64,000 nucleotides of DNA from contig CBDASZ010000001.1 in the NCBI GenBank assembly GCA_965199755.1, positions 160,001 through 224,000 on the forward strand, in the 5' to 3' direction. Below are positions 42,669-52,864 of the stretch, piece by piece (position 1 is the first letter of the stretch; the number at the start of each line of letters is the position of its first letter). The translations under genes and the position numbers were made by a program. The notes under the pieces are model-generated. The model searched no databases, was not told where the DNA came from, and was given only the letters and a program-made list of their open reading frames with translations. The stretch is from an uncultured candidatus Porisulfidus sp. (GTDB taxonomy: Bacteria > Pseudomonadota > Gammaproteobacteria > Poriferisulfidales > Poriferisulfidaceae).

Positions 42669-43244
42669 TTACTGCTGCGGTGCGTTCTCCGTATCCGCCG
42701 CTTGCGCGACACATTCTGTCTCGTCCATTTCAACACTGGGACAGGCGGCCAGCACGGCTTCCAACGCATCCGCTTCACGGCGGTCAATCGTCAACTGGTA
42801 CTTGAGGCGCACCTGCAAGACGCGGTGGGCGAACCAGCACGAGTTGCGCTGCGGCATCCATTCGGTGGCGTCCTTGGCGCCTTTCTTCCGATTGACCGAG
42901 GGGGCCGCCAGAGTCAGGTTGAGCAGGTCTGAACCAAAAGCGCGTCGCGTGGCCATATCAGCGCTGCACAATCCGCTTTTATGCGCTTCGTAGATGGCGA
43001 CAATGTGTTCGATCTGTGTCTGCCTAAGATTGCTGAAGCATTCTCCGGTGTAGGGGCTGATGATTTTGCCGAGTTGTTCGGCGATTTTGGGCTCCACCGA
43101 TTGGGAGTAAGCGTAATCCTTTCGGTTGTAATGGCTGCAACGATCTTCTGGCGCGATCACCAGTCCGCGCCAGTGCGTGGGTTCCGAAGCTTGCGCGGCC
43201 GCATGGCCAAAAAGCAGCAGCGCGAACAGGAATGGCCGCGCCAT
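42669..43244 (-). CDS. exported HNH-type nuclease (DUF1524-like)
   Basis: signal peptide; QIEHIVA..EA, NLTL...VNRKKG..D..EWMP..CWF..VRLKYQL. Confidence 0.8.
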   Translation of the reverse strand: MARPFLFALLLFGHAAAQASEPTHWRGLVIAPEDRCSHYNRKDYAYSQSVEPKIAEQLGKIISPYTGECFSNLRQTQIEHIVAIYEAHKSGLCSADMATRRAFGSDLLNLTLAAPSVNRKKGAKDATEWMPQRNSCWFAHRVLQVRLKYQLTIDRREADALEAVLAACPSVEMDETECVAQAADTENAPQQ

Positions 43245-43247
43245 CGT

Positions 43248-44246
43248 TCAGGCTAGCCGCAGCAACTTGGGGACGACGGCCGCCACACCGACGTTCAGTT
43301 GCGCGGGATCGAACCAGCGCCCATCGCGCTCGAAACAAGTTTTGTCGTCTTCGGGTACTTCCGCATGCAAAGGATGCAGCGCCAGTTTCAGATGAGTCAA
43401 GCGATGTACCAGCATGGGTTTCTTCTGCCAGTGCAAGGGTCTGCCGCGCTTATCTGCCCAGTGGCGAATCTGCGCGTCATCAGCAAACTCCGGGAATCCC
43501 CACAATCCGCCCCACAGGCCATCGCGCTCGCGCTGGCGCAACAGAATCTGGCCATCGTGACTGCGCAACACCGCCAGCCACATTGTTCGATCACGTACCT
43601 GTACGGATGTGGTGCGTGCTGTTGCGGTATTTGGATTTTGGCGGTGGTGGCAATCCTTGCGCAGCGGGCAGCGAGCGCACTCAGGGTTGCGCGTCGTGCA
43701 TAGCGTCGCACCCAGATCCATCAGTCCCTGCGTATAGGCCGCCGCGCTTTCTTCAGGGAGCAGCGCCTCGGCGCGTTCCCACAAGACCCGGTTGTTTTGA
43801 GGCAGCAGGCCCTGATGTCGCGCCAGCACCCGCCGCGCGTTGCCGTCGAGCATGACGGCGGGCTGATTCAATCCCAGCGAGACGATGGCACCGGCGGTAC
43901 TGCGCCCGACCCCCGGCAATTGCATCCACTGTTCGACCGTACGCGGCAGGCGTCCGCCTTCAGCGCGGAGCAGGCGTGCGGCCTGATGCAAGTTGCGGGC
44001 GCGGGCGTAGTAGCCCAGCCCGGACCAGTGCGCGAGCACGGAGTCTAGTGGCGCTTCCGCCAGCTGCTTGAGGTTGGGGAAACTGCGCACAAAGCGGCGG
44101 AAGTAGGGGATGACAGTGGCGACCTGAGTCTGCTGCAGCATGATTTCGGAGACCCAGATGCGATACAGATTGCCGGGGCGCTGCCACGGGAGATCGCGCC
44201 GGCCATGCCGCTTCTGCCAGGCGATGATGCGGGATGCGAGCGACAC
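43248..44246 (-). CDS. mutY: A/G-specific adenine glycosylase
   Basis: WVSEIMLQQTQV, WSGLGYYARARNL, LPGVGRSTAGA, C-x6-C-x2-C-x5-C FeS motif. Confidence 0.96.
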   Translation of the reverse strand: MSLASRIIAWQKRHGRRDLPWQRPGNLYRIWVSEIMLQQTQVATVIPYFRRFVRSFPNLKQLAEAPLDSVLAHWSGLGYYARARNLHQAARLLRAEGGRLPRTVEQWMQLPGVGRSTAGAIVSLGLNQPAVMLDGNARRVLARHQGLLPQNNRVLWERAEALLPEESAAAYTQGLMDLGATLCTTRNPECARCPLRKDCHHRQNPNTATARTTSVQVRDRTMWLAVLRSHDGQILLRQRERDGLWGGLWGFPEFADDAQIRHWADKRGRPLHWQKKPMLVHRLTHLKLALHPLHAEVPEDDKTCFERDGRWFDPAQLNVGVAAVVPKLLRLA

Positions 44247-44254
44247 GGAGTGGC

Positions 44255-46396
44255 TCAGAACAGTTTGTCGAGAAGATTGCGAACGGCGTCTTCGGCTTCT
44301 TCCGGCACCCCCAACTCCTCTCGGATTTTTTCTTCAACCCGCTCTTGTGCTTTTTTCTTGATCTTCTCGATGCCTTCGTCGATCTGAACCTTGGCCAGCG
44401 CCGAGAGGTCCAGAGAATGAGACAGATCATCGAACGGGCCGGAAATCCGCACCGGAATCCGCACGCTGTCTTCTGAACCGACGTTGAGCTGGTATTCCAG
44501 TTGTGAGGCCGGCAGATCCACGTGGCCTTGTCCGGTCACATTGATGGCTCCCGCCGCCAGCATCAGGTCATGGTTGAGCAGTCGCCCGTCGGTCGCGTTC
44601 CAGGTGGCGCTCAGGTGATCGAACAGCAACCGCCCCTCACTGGTACTTTGCTTTGGGCGCTTCTGCAAGGCGGCGACAGCCCCTTCAATGGCACTGGCGA
44701 CCTCGCCGATCTGTAGTGAGCCGTTACGCAGTGACAGACCGATAAAGCCGCGCAGCGAAGGCAGGAATGTATTGGCCTGCAAGCCGCGCGCACTGAGTGC
44801 CAGTTCCAGATCGGTAGCCCCTTCGATAGGCGAGTGGTCCATCTTGAGAAATCGGGTAAGCAGAGCGCCGAGTTCGAGCCGGGACAGATTCAGGTTCAAT
44901 CGATATTCGGGAATGCCGCTGGCGGCATTGAGCTGGGCGTCAGCCAAGAACGAGCCGCTGTTGAGGGTTCCGGTCAATTCCTGAAGGTTCCAGTGTCCGT
45001 TGCTGGCAATCAGTTTCAATCGGGGATGCTCGACGCTCAGGTCTTGCCAGTTCAGCTGGTCAATTTCCAGTTGCACATCGAGACGCTGTTCGCGCAGCCA
45101 GTCCACTGGCAGGACAATCGGCATATCTGCGCTGGTATCCTCCGCGGCGGTCGGCTCCTCGGCGTTCGGAATTGGGGTTTGGGCTTGCGGCAAGTACTGA
45201 TCCAGCACCAGTTGATCCAGTTGCAAGTGCGCGGCCAGCCGGGGCTGCTCCGGGTCCAGGATGGACACATCGCCTTGGATATGCATGTCATTCAGTTGCG
45301 CGTCCAGCCCTGAGATATGCAGGCCATGCGGATGCGCGCGAAAGTCCCCAGACAGCGTGAGGGTGCGCAGGGTCTCGGCGGCCATGCCTTGAGGCTGTTC
45401 GATCTGCCACAAGGTAAGCCATTGCGGGATATCAATGTCGCGGCCACGGATATGACCGGAGGCTTCCGGTTCGCTGGACAGGTTTTGCAGCTTCAGATGA
45501 TCCACATCAAATTCTGCGCCCAGAGTGCGGGCCCGCGCATCGGTGGCCTCGAAGTTGTCGTCATTTCGATTCCAGAGAAAGGAGCGCGCCTCCAAAGTGC
45601 CTTCCAGTTGCGAGAACGCCAGCGCCGGACCGGCGAGGCGCACGCCGAGGTTCAGATCCTGACCGTTGAGGCTTTGCTTATCAGTGTTCCAGTGCAGATC
45701 GGTGTCCATATTCAGTTGCGCGTTGACGCGGCCTTCCGGTGACGCATCCAGCCACAGCATGAGTTCGCCCGCCAGATCCATGGCGATGCTGCTGCCGAGT
45801 GTTGAGGCGTCCAGAGTCAGGTCCATGTCCGAGAGACGGACCCGGCGCTCGTTGAGATCGTCCCAGAATGCGATGGTGCTGTCGGTCAGTTGCAGCGCTT
45901 GCACTTCCAGCGCAATGGAGGACTCGACAGGCTCGCCGGTGTCGTCACGCAGCACGTGCCGCGGCGTGTCCGTGAGAGGGCGGGTCAAGGGCAGCCAGTT
46001 GACGCTACCGCTGGAACTGCGATGCAGGCGCAGTTGCAGGCCGTCGAAGCGAATGGAGTGGATGTAGAGTCGCCCAAACAGCAACGGCATTGGCTGCAGA
46101 TAAATTTCGGCGCGCTGCACCGTCAGCATCGGTTCCTGACCGAAGCCGGTGGCGTTGTCGAGAGTGGCTTCGTGCACCTCAAACCCGACCTGCGGCGGGT
46201 CCAGATGCAATTCCAGATCGCCGGCCAGCACAAACGCGCGACCGGTGTGTTCCGTAACCAGATCCTCCAGTTCGTCGCGGTAGTCGTTGGGCTCGAATGT
46301 CACTGTGAGATAGCCCAGCGTGAGTAGGCCAAGCAACAACAGTGCGAGGAGGCCGAACCCGGTCAGGCGCAGGATTCGGACGGTGTGCGCGATCAT
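44255..46396 (-). CDS. asmA: AsmA family protein
   Basis: N-terminal TM, PNDYR..TGR, beta-rich body, IPVRISG C-terminus; asmA-mutY synteny. Confidence 0.85.
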   Translation of the reverse strand: MIAHTVRILRLTGFGLLALLLLGLLTLGYLTVTFEPNDYRDELEDLVTEHTGRAFVLAGDLELHLDPPQVGFEVHEATLDNATGFGQEPMLTVQRAEIYLQPMPLLFGRLYIHSIRFDGLQLRLHRSSSGSVNWLPLTRPLTDTPRHVLRDDTGEPVESSIALEVQALQLTDSTIAFWDDLNERRVRLSDMDLTLDASTLGSSIAMDLAGELMLWLDASPEGRVNAQLNMDTDLHWNTDKQSLNGQDLNLGVRLAGPALAFSQLEGTLEARSFLWNRNDDNFEATDARARTLGAEFDVDHLKLQNLSSEPEASGHIRGRDIDIPQWLTLWQIEQPQGMAAETLRTLTLSGDFRAHPHGLHISGLDAQLNDMHIQGDVSILDPEQPRLAAHLQLDQLVLDQYLPQAQTPIPNAEEPTAAEDTSADMPIVLPVDWLREQRLDVQLEIDQLNWQDLSVEHPRLKLIASNGHWNLQELTGTLNSGSFLADAQLNAASGIPEYRLNLNLSRLELGALLTRFLKMDHSPIEGATDLELALSARGLQANTFLPSLRGFIGLSLRNGSLQIGEVASAIEGAVAALQKRPKQSTSEGRLLFDHLSATWNATDGRLLNHDLMLAAGAINVTGQGHVDLPASQLEYQLNVGSEDSVRIPVRISGPFDDLSHSLDLSALAKVQIDEGIEKIKKKAQERVEEKIREELGVPEEAEDAVRNLLDKLF

Positions 46397-46875
46397 GTGT
46401 CGTCGCGGCTCCAGTCGCCGGATCGTCCTCCTGATTTTCGCAGCAGGGCAATGCCGTCTATTTGCATACCACGATCGATCGCCTTGCACATGTCATAGAT
46501 TGTCAGCAAGGCGATATGCACGGCGGTCAGCGCTTCCATTTCTACGCCGGTGTTCGCATGCGTCTCGCATCGGGCTTGAGCGCAGACCGCTGGCGGAGTC
46601 TCTTCCAGCAAGAACTCAATGGAGACATGATTCAGCGGCAGAGGGTGGCACAACGGGATCAGATCCGGGGTACGCTTGGCCGCCATGATGCCGGCGACGC
46701 GCGCGACGGCGAGCACATCACCCTTACGACTGGTGCCGTCTCGAACTTGCTGCAAGGTCTCCGCCTGCATGTGAATGCGGCCTTCGGCTACGGCGATGCG
46801 GTGCGTGTCAGGCTTGTCGGAGACGTCGACCATCCGGGCTTCGCCGTCGGCATTGAAATGGGTGAGTTCAACCAC
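46393..46875 (-). CDS. moaC: cyclic pyranopterin monophosphate synthase
   Basis: [34 protein letters not shown]; GTG start. Confidence 0.96.
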   Translation of the reverse strand: MVELTHFNADGEARMVDVSDKPDTHRIAVAEGRIHMQAETLQQVRDGTSRKGDVLAVARVAGIMAAKRTPDLIPLCHPLPLNHVSIEFLLEETPPAVCAQARCETHANTGVEMEALTAVHIALLTIYDMCKAIDRGMQIDGIALLRKSGGRSGDWSRDDT

Positions 46876-46924
46876 GATGCGCTGGGAGGTGGGGGGCTGG
46901 AAGGGATTATAGAGGGTGCGTGTT

Positions 46925-47467
46925 TCAGGAGGGTTTCCCGGCCCGCCACAGCACCTCTGTTTTGCCCGCATTGCCGTCGGCAGTGCGCGCCAGCACGAAC
47001 AGCAAATCCGACAGACGATTCAGATAAATCTGCCCCTGCTTCAGCTCCGGGGCGAGTGCGGCCAGCCGGCGTTCCGCCCGCCGGCAGACGGCCCGCGCGA
47101 TATGCCATTGCGCGCCTGTCGCGCTGCTGCCAGGCAGCACGAATTCTTCAAGCGGCGGCAGTAGCGCGTTGTATTTCGTGATGCGGGCCTCCAGCAGATC
47201 AATGCGATCATCACCCAGCAACGGGCGATCGCTGCCGGCAATCAGCGCGCCGAGGTCGAACAGATCCTGCTGCAACTCCAGCACGAGGGCGCACAGTTCC
47301 GGGGTGTCATCGGTTGCGCGCAACACGCCGAGTTGACAGTTGAGTTCGTCGACTGCGCCGAGTGCCTCGACGCGGGCGTCGGTTTTGGGCACCCGTTCGC
47401 CGCTGCCCAAGGAGGTGGTGCCGTCGTCGCCGCTTTTGGTGGTGACTCGGGAGATTCGCCGAGCCAT
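46925..47467 (-). CDS. cob(I)alamin adenosyltransferase, PduO type
   Basis: [36 protein letters not shown]. Confidence 0.92.
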   Translation of the reverse strand: MARRISRVTTKSGDDGTTSLGSGERVPKTDARVEALGAVDELNCQLGVLRATDDTPELCALVLELQQDLFDLGALIAGSDRPLLGDDRIDLLEARITKYNALLPPLEEFVLPGSSATGAQWHIARAVCRRAERRLAALAPELKQGQIYLNRLSDLLFVLARTADGNAGKTEVLWRAGKPS

Positions 47468-47472
47468 TGGTT

Positions 47473-48009
47473 TCAGGGTGCGCTTTGCAGCGTGTTTAGG
47501 AGACCGCTGATTTCATGGGCATGTTCTTTGGCAGCTACGTTGCGCCAGAGATGCTGGATGATGCCGTCGGGGTCAATCAGAAAAGTGTGGCGCTTGGCGA
47601 ATCGAAATCCAGGGAAGCCGCCCATCGCGCCGTACTGGTCGACCACGTCTCCGTCCGGGTCGGACAGGATGGGGAACGGCAGCTGGTATTTCTCGGCAAA
47701 GGCCTCATGGCTTTTCATGGTGTTCATGCTGACGCCGAGCACTTGCGTGTTTTGGTGTTTCAGGAGGGAGTATTCGTCGCGAAAGGCGCAGCCTTCGGCG
47801 ACGCATCCGGGCGTGTCGTCCCACGGGTAGAAGTACAGCACCACCCATTGGCCGGCGTAGTCCTCAAGCCGATGGATCTGCCCGTTGCCATCCGGCAACT
47901 CGAAGTTTGGAGCGGGTTCGCCTGTATCAATCATTTCTGCCTGAAGGGGTGCGCACAGGCCCAAAAGCAAAAGGCCGTGGTGGAGTTTCGGGAGGGGGTC
48001 ATCAGTCAT
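47473..48009 (-). CDS. bcp: peroxiredoxin (BCP/PrxQ family)
   Basis: VLYFYPWDDTPGCVAEGCAFRD. Confidence 0.88.
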   Translation of the reverse strand: MTDDPLPKLHHGLLLLGLCAPLQAEMIDTGEPAPNFELPDGNGQIHRLEDYAGQWVVLYFYPWDDTPGCVAEGCAFRDEYSLLKHQNTQVLGVSMNTMKSHEAFAEKYQLPFPILSDPDGDVVDQYGAMGGFPGFRFAKRHTFLIDPDGIIQHLWRNVAAKEHAHEISGLLNTLQSAP

Positions 48010-48012
48010 GTC

Positions 48013-49428
48013 TTATGAGGACGGGGCCGCAGGGGCATTGATATCGCTGCCGGTTTGGTACCAGCGCAACTGCTCTCGCAATTCTACCACCTTACCGACG
48101 ATGATTAAGGTGGGCGGGACCACTTCTCGCGTGGTGACCAGTTCCGGCAAGTCCTGCAAGGTGCCGGTGAGCACCTGCTGCTCAGGGGTGGTGCCGCGCA
48201 TGATTAACGCCGTGGGGGTATTCGCTTCCAGCCCATGGCCGATGAGTTGGCGACAAATCTCGGCGCAGCCGGCCAGTCCCATGTAGAACACCAGAGTCTG
48301 ATTGGGGTGTGCCAGCATCTCCCAGTTCAGATTGACGCTGCCGTCCTTGAGGTGGCCGGTGACAAAGATACAGGCTTGCGCATGATCGCGGTGCGTCAGC
48401 GGGATGCCGGCGTAACTGGCGCAGCCGTTGGCGGCGGTGATGCCGGGGACGATCTGAAACGGGATGCCTTCCTCCATTAAGGTGGCGATTTCCTCGCCGC
48501 CGCGCCCGAACACCAGCGGGTCGCCGCCTTTCAGCCGCAACACCCGTTTGCCTTCGCGGGCCAGCCGCACCAGCAAGGCGTTGATCGACTCCTGCGCGAT
48601 GGTATGACGGTCGCGCTCCTTGCCGGCATAGATTTTCTCGACGTCCTGACGCAGCAGCGCCATGATTGGATCGCTGACCAGACGGTCGTAGACCACCACA
48701 TCGGCCTGTCGGATTAGCCGCTGTGCGCGGAAGGTCAGCAGGTCCGGATCACCGGGGCCTGCGCCGACAAGATACACCTCGCCCGCGCTGGGGATGGCAC
48801 CGCGATCAATGGCGGCACCGAGTTCGGCCTGCGCCTCGGTTTCGCGCCCGTCCAGTACTTGCTCGGCGATCGGTCCGGTTAGCGCGGCTTCCCAGAAACG
48901 GCGGCGCGAGCGGCGCTCGCTGAAGGCTTCGCGCACACGCGAACGGGAGTTCTCGACCAAGGTCGCCAGCCGCCCGAATGCGCCGGGGATGAAACTTTCG
49001 AGTTGGTCGCGCAACAGCCGTCCCAGCATAGGGGAGGCACCGCCTGTGCAAATGGCGATCTGAATGGGGGCACGGTGAATGACGGAGGGCATCAGCACGT
49101 CACCGGAACTGGCCTGATGCGCGGCGTTGACCAGCACGCCGCGTTCGCGCGCCAGCTGGGTCAGGCGCTGGTTGAGTTCAGCATTATCGCTGGCGATGAC
49201 CAGCAGGAACGCCTCATTGAGATCGTCGTCTTCCGCTGCTCGTGCGAGATATTCGAGATGACCGTCATCGGCGTGCGCCGTGATGTCTTCGGTGGCTTCG
49301 GGCGCGATCACGCGCACTTGTGCGCCGGCACCCAGCAGCGCTTCGATCTTGCGCTGGGCGACCAGACCTGCGCCGATCACCACGCAGAGGCGATCGCGGA
49401 CGTCAACGAACAGGGCAAGCGAATCCAT
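48013..49428 (-). CDS. cysG: siroheme synthase
   Basis: GAGLVAQRK dehydrogenase/chelatase domain plus VGAGPGDPDLLT, RLKGGDP..FGRGGEE methyltransferase domain. Confidence 0.96.
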   Translation of the reverse strand: MDSLALFVDVRDRLCVVIGAGLVAQRKIEALLGAGAQVRVIAPEATEDITAHADDGHLEYLARAAEDDDLNEAFLLVIASDNAELNQRLTQLARERGVLVNAAHQASSGDVLMPSVIHRAPIQIAICTGGASPMLGRLLRDQLESFIPGAFGRLATLVENSRSRVREAFSERRSRRRFWEAALTGPIAEQVLDGRETEAQAELGAAIDRGAIPSAGEVYLVGAGPGDPDLLTFRAQRLIRQADVVVYDRLVSDPIMALLRQDVEKIYAGKERDRHTIAQESINALLVRLAREGKRVLRLKGGDPLVFGRGGEEIATLMEEGIPFQIVPGITAANGCASYAGIPLTHRDHAQACIFVTGHLKDGSVNLNWEMLAHPNQTLVFYMGLAGCAEICRQLIGHGLEANTPTALIMRGTTPEQQVLTGTLQDLPELVTTREVVPPTLIIVGKVVELREQLRWYQTGSDINAPAAPSS

Positions 49429-49486
49429 GGCGACAATCAGATAGAGTAAAATTCCTTCAGCTCATCTTAAGCAGGAAAACACCTTT

Positions 49487-49564
49487 ATGGACTCCTTTCG
49501 CCTAGTTGCCATTGCCATCGGTCTCGCCATTATTGGCTCGGCCGTGTGGATGGCGCTTACCTGA
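49487..49564 (+). CDS. putative 25-aa single-pass membrane small protein
   Basis: MDSFRLVAIAIGLAIIGSAVWMALT*; AGGA Shine-Dalgarno-like upstream; fills the cysG-lspA gap. Confidence 0.5.
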   Translation: MDSFRLVAIAIGLAIIGSAVWMALT

Positions 49565-49611
49565 AACGGTCTGCCCTAACTGTTTGATGAAGTCGGCGGG
49601 CCGCGCGGCGG

Positions 49612-50094
49612 TCATGCGCCGGCGGTGGGCTTGTCGTTGCGCAAGCCCCATAGCAAACCCACGACGCCCAGCGTGATGGCGGTGTCGGCCACATTGAAAG
49701 TCGGCCACTGCCAGCCTTGATAGTGCAACACAATGAAATCCGCGACTGCACCGGTGTGCAGGCGATCGAACAGATTGCCGGCCGCGCCGCCCAAAACCAA
49801 TGCGACTGAGACCACCGGAAGTCGAGGGGTGGCCTCCATGCGGTGCAGCCAGACGGCGAGCCACGCCATGATGGCGATGCTGACGACCGACAGCAGCGGG
49901 CGCTGCCAGCCGCCGGCGTCGTGCAGCAGACTGAAAGCGGCACCGGTGTTGTAGGTGCGCTGAAAGGCGAGAAACGGCAGCAGAGTCCAGGTTTCCTGCA
50001 TCGGCAGGCTGCGTTCGATGAGGGCTTTGCTGAACTGATCCAGTACCAGCGTCGCGCCGGCGATGGGGGCGGCAAGCCGCCAGGTATCAGACAT
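49612..50094 (-). CDS. lspA: lipoprotein signal peptidase
   Basis: NTGAAFS, GGAAGNLFDR, VADFI, FNVAD; start MSDTWRL. Confidence 0.95.
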   Translation of the reverse strand: MSDTWRLAAPIAGATLVLDQFSKALIERSLPMQETWTLLPFLAFQRTYNTGAAFSLLHDAGGWQRPLLSVVSIAIMAWLAVWLHRMEATPRLPVVSVALVLGGAAGNLFDRLHTGAVADFIVLHYQGWQWPTFNVADTAITLGVVGLLWGLRNDKPTAGA

Positions 50095-52864
50095 AAAAGC
50101 GCTGCTCACCGTTGCCTTCCACATTGTTATGACAGCGAGAGCACAACTCCGGGTGCCCGTCGATCGTGCTGACGCTTTCGCAGTGATGCCAGCAGCGGGT
50201 GCACTTGGGATGTTCTGAGGCGCGCACCTGAATGTCTGTCTCCTTGTTGTCTGCCGCGGCGTCCACCTCTGCGCTGGAGCAGATGAACAGGAAGTGCAAT
50301 TCATGGCCAAGTTTGTTGAGCATGGTGCCGGTATTCGTGTCTGTAGTCAGTTTCACGTCAGCATCCAGTCCGGCACCAATCTTGTCGTCCTGGCGCAGTT
50401 GTTCGAGTTTCTCATTGACGCGATCGCGCACCTCCAGCAGGATCGCCCACTCCTTATCGCTGATGACCGGCACGTCGCATTGCCAGGGGCTGAGGTCAAA
50501 CCATTCGCACAAATGCACTGAGTCTTCGCGCGGGCCGGGGATGTGCTCGTAGATCTCATCCGCGGTGAACGGACAGGCGGGTGCCAGCCAGCGCGACAGC
50601 GCCTCGGCCAATACGTACATGACGGTTTGCGCACTGCGTCGCGCCGGGTGCGTGTCCGGCAGTGTGTAAGTGCGATCTTTGGTGACATCCAGATACAGGG
50701 AGCCCAGTTCTGTGACACAAAAGTTATGCAATCGCTGGATGACGCGGTGGAACTGGTAGCGCTGATAGTTTCCTCGAATGCTCTCATCTTCTTCCGTGAT
50801 ACGGCGCAGCATCCATTGATCAAGCGCGACCATGTCTTCGGGCGGTACGGTGTGGGTGGCGGGATCGAAGTCATGCAGGCTGGAGAGCAGATAGCGCGCG
50901 GTATTGCGAATGCGGCGGTAGGCCTCGGAGGTGTGGCTGAGGATCTCATCCGATACCGCCATCTCGCCGCTGGTGTCGGTGGAGGCGACCCACAGGCGCA
51001 GCACGTCGGCTCCCATCTTGTCGATGACTTTCTGCGGCAGGATCACATTGCCGCGGGACTTTGACATCTTGTGGCCCTTCGCGTCGACCACGAATCCGTG
51101 AGTCAACACGCCTGTGTAAGGCGCGGCACCGTCGTTGAGGGCGACCGAAGTCAGCAGTGAAGACTGGAACCAGCCGCGGTGTTGGTCGGAGCCTTCCAGA
51201 TACAGTTCGGCCTGAATCCCGTCGCCGTATTCGGGGGTCAGCACGGTGCGGTGCGTGACGCCGGAATCAAACCAGACGTCCAGCGTGTCGGAAGACTTGA
51301 CCCATTCATTGGCATCGTCACCGAGGAGTTCGGCGGGGTCCAGATCGGACCAGGCGTCAATACCGTCTTCTTCAATGCGTTCGGCGACTCGCTCAATCAG
51401 GGCCGGAGAGTCCGGGTGTAGTCGGCCGTCGTCGCGATGCGTGAACACGGCGATCGGCACGCCCCAGTTGCGCTGGCGGCTGATGCACCAGTCGGGCCGC
51501 CCTTCCACCATGCCGCGGATGCGCTCGCGTCCCCAGTCAGGATGCCAGGTGACGTGCATGGTCGCTTCCAGCGCCTGATCGCGCAGTTCGTGTGTCTTCA
51601 TATCAATGAACCATTGCGGCGCAGAGCGAAACAGCAGCGGGGTGTGGTGACGCCAGCAGTGCGGGTAACTGTGTTCGTAAGCCTCATGCGCGAGCAGATG
51701 GCCGCTGGTTTGGAGCGTCTCCAGGATGCGAGTGTTGGCATCCTTGGTGGGAAGGTCGCCGACGATGGGGGTGTCGTGCAGAAAATGTCCGTCCACGTCG
51801 ACCGGGCAGTGCACCGGGAGATCAAACTTCAGGCCGATGGCGTGGTCATCCGGGCCGTGTGCGGGCGCGGTGTGTACGCAGCCGGTGCCGTCTTCAGCGG
51901 TGACGTGCGTCCCGACAATAACCGGCACGGTCTTGTCCAGAAATGGGTGATGCAGCATGACTCCGGACAGTTGCGCACCGGTGACTGTAGCGTTGCTTGC
52001 GGCTTGCGCGCCAGTGCGCGCGGCGAAGGATTCCTGCAGGTCTGCGGCGATGACCAGGTGGCGGCCGTCGTGTTGAGTGAGGGTGTATTTCAGTTCCGGG
52101 TGCAGGCAGACCGCTTCGTTGGCGAGCAATGTCCATGGCGTAGTGGTCCAGATCACTACAGAAATAGCGGTATCTGCAGACAGCCCGAAATGCTCCGCCA
52201 GCGCCCCATCCGCGGCATCGAAGCGCACGTCAATCGCGGGTGACGTATAGGGTTCATACTCCACTTCGGCTTCCGCCAGCGCCGAGTGGCAGTCGGCGCA
52301 CCAGTAGACCGGTTTGGTGCCGCGTGTGAGGTAGCCTTTCTCAAGCAACTGGCCCAAAGCCCGGACAATGCCGGCCTCAGTGGCCGGTGCCATGGTCAGA
52401 TACGGATCATCCCATTGTCCGAGCACGCCCATGCGGATAAACTCCTCGCGCTGCAGATCGATCTGTTCGGTGGCGTATTCCCGGCAGGCGGCGCGAAAGG
52501 CGCGGCCGTCGGCGCGTTGCTCGCGGGACAGATTCTTCTCAACTTGCAATTCGATCGGCAGGCCGTGGCAGTCCCAGCCAGGCCGATAAGGGGCATCGAA
52601 GCCGTCAAGATTGCGGGCGCGCACGATAATGTCCTTGAGTGTTTTGTTGACGGCGTGGCCCATGTGCAGAGCGCCGTTGGCGTACGGCGGGCCGTCATGC
52701 AGTAAAAACCGTTCTCTGCCGGCGCGCGCTTCGCGTAGCCGTGCATACAGATCAAGTTCCTGCCACTTCTCAAGGCGTTCGGGTTCGCGCACGGCAAGAT
52801 TGCCGCGCATCGCGAACTCGGTGCGTGGCAAATTCAGGGTGTCGCGGTAGGGATTAGGCGGCAT
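50087..52864 (-). CDS. ileS: isoleucine--tRNA ligase (type 1)
   Basis: DGPPYANG..HMGH, WTTTPWT, DWCISRQR, KMSKS, C-terminal zinc finger. Confidence 0.97.
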   Translation of the reverse strand: MPPNPYRDTLNLPRTEFAMRGNLAVREPERLEKWQELDLYARLREARAGRERFLLHDGPPYANGALHMGHAVNKTLKDIIVRARNLDGFDAPYRPGWDCHGLPIELQVEKNLSREQRADGRAFRAACREYATEQIDLQREEFIRMGVLGQWDDPYLTMAPATEAGIVRALGQLLEKGYLTRGTKPVYWCADCHSALAEAEVEYEPYTSPAIDVRFDAADGALAEHFGLSADTAISVVIWTTTPWTLLANEAVCLHPELKYTLTQHDGRHLVIAADLQESFAARTGAQAASNATVTGAQLSGVMLHHPFLDKTVPVIVGTHVTAEDGTGCVHTAPAHGPDDHAIGLKFDLPVHCPVDVDGHFLHDTPIVGDLPTKDANTRILETLQTSGHLLAHEAYEHSYPHCWRHHTPLLFRSAPQWFIDMKTHELRDQALEATMHVTWHPDWGRERIRGMVEGRPDWCISRQRNWGVPIAVFTHRDDGRLHPDSPALIERVAERIEEDGIDAWSDLDPAELLGDDANEWVKSSDTLDVWFDSGVTHRTVLTPEYGDGIQAELYLEGSDQHRGWFQSSLLTSVALNDGAAPYTGVLTHGFVVDAKGHKMSKSRGNVILPQKVIDKMGADVLRLWVASTDTSGEMAVSDEILSHTSEAYRRIRNTARYLLSSLHDFDPATHTVPPEDMVALDQWMLRRITEEDESIRGNYQRYQFHRVIQRLHNFCVTELGSLYLDVTKDRTYTLPDTHPARRSAQTVMYVLAEALSRWLAPACPFTADEIYEHIPGPREDSVHLCEWFDLSPWQCDVPVISDKEWAILLEVRDRVNEKLEQLRQDDKIGAGLDADVKLTTDTNTGTMLNKLGHELHFLFICSSAEVDAAADNKETDIQVRASEHPKCTRCWHHCESVSTIDGHPELCSRCHNNVEGNGEQRFYV

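Noticed and set aside
42669-43244. DUF1524-like nuclease as the missing C-terminal half of the DUF262 pseudogene
   Set aside because: It has a signal peptide, host-like GC content and lies more than 12 kb away
52655-52675. HMGH instead of HIGH in IleRS as a resistance signature
   Set aside because: HMGH is a known variant in ordinary type 1 IleRS
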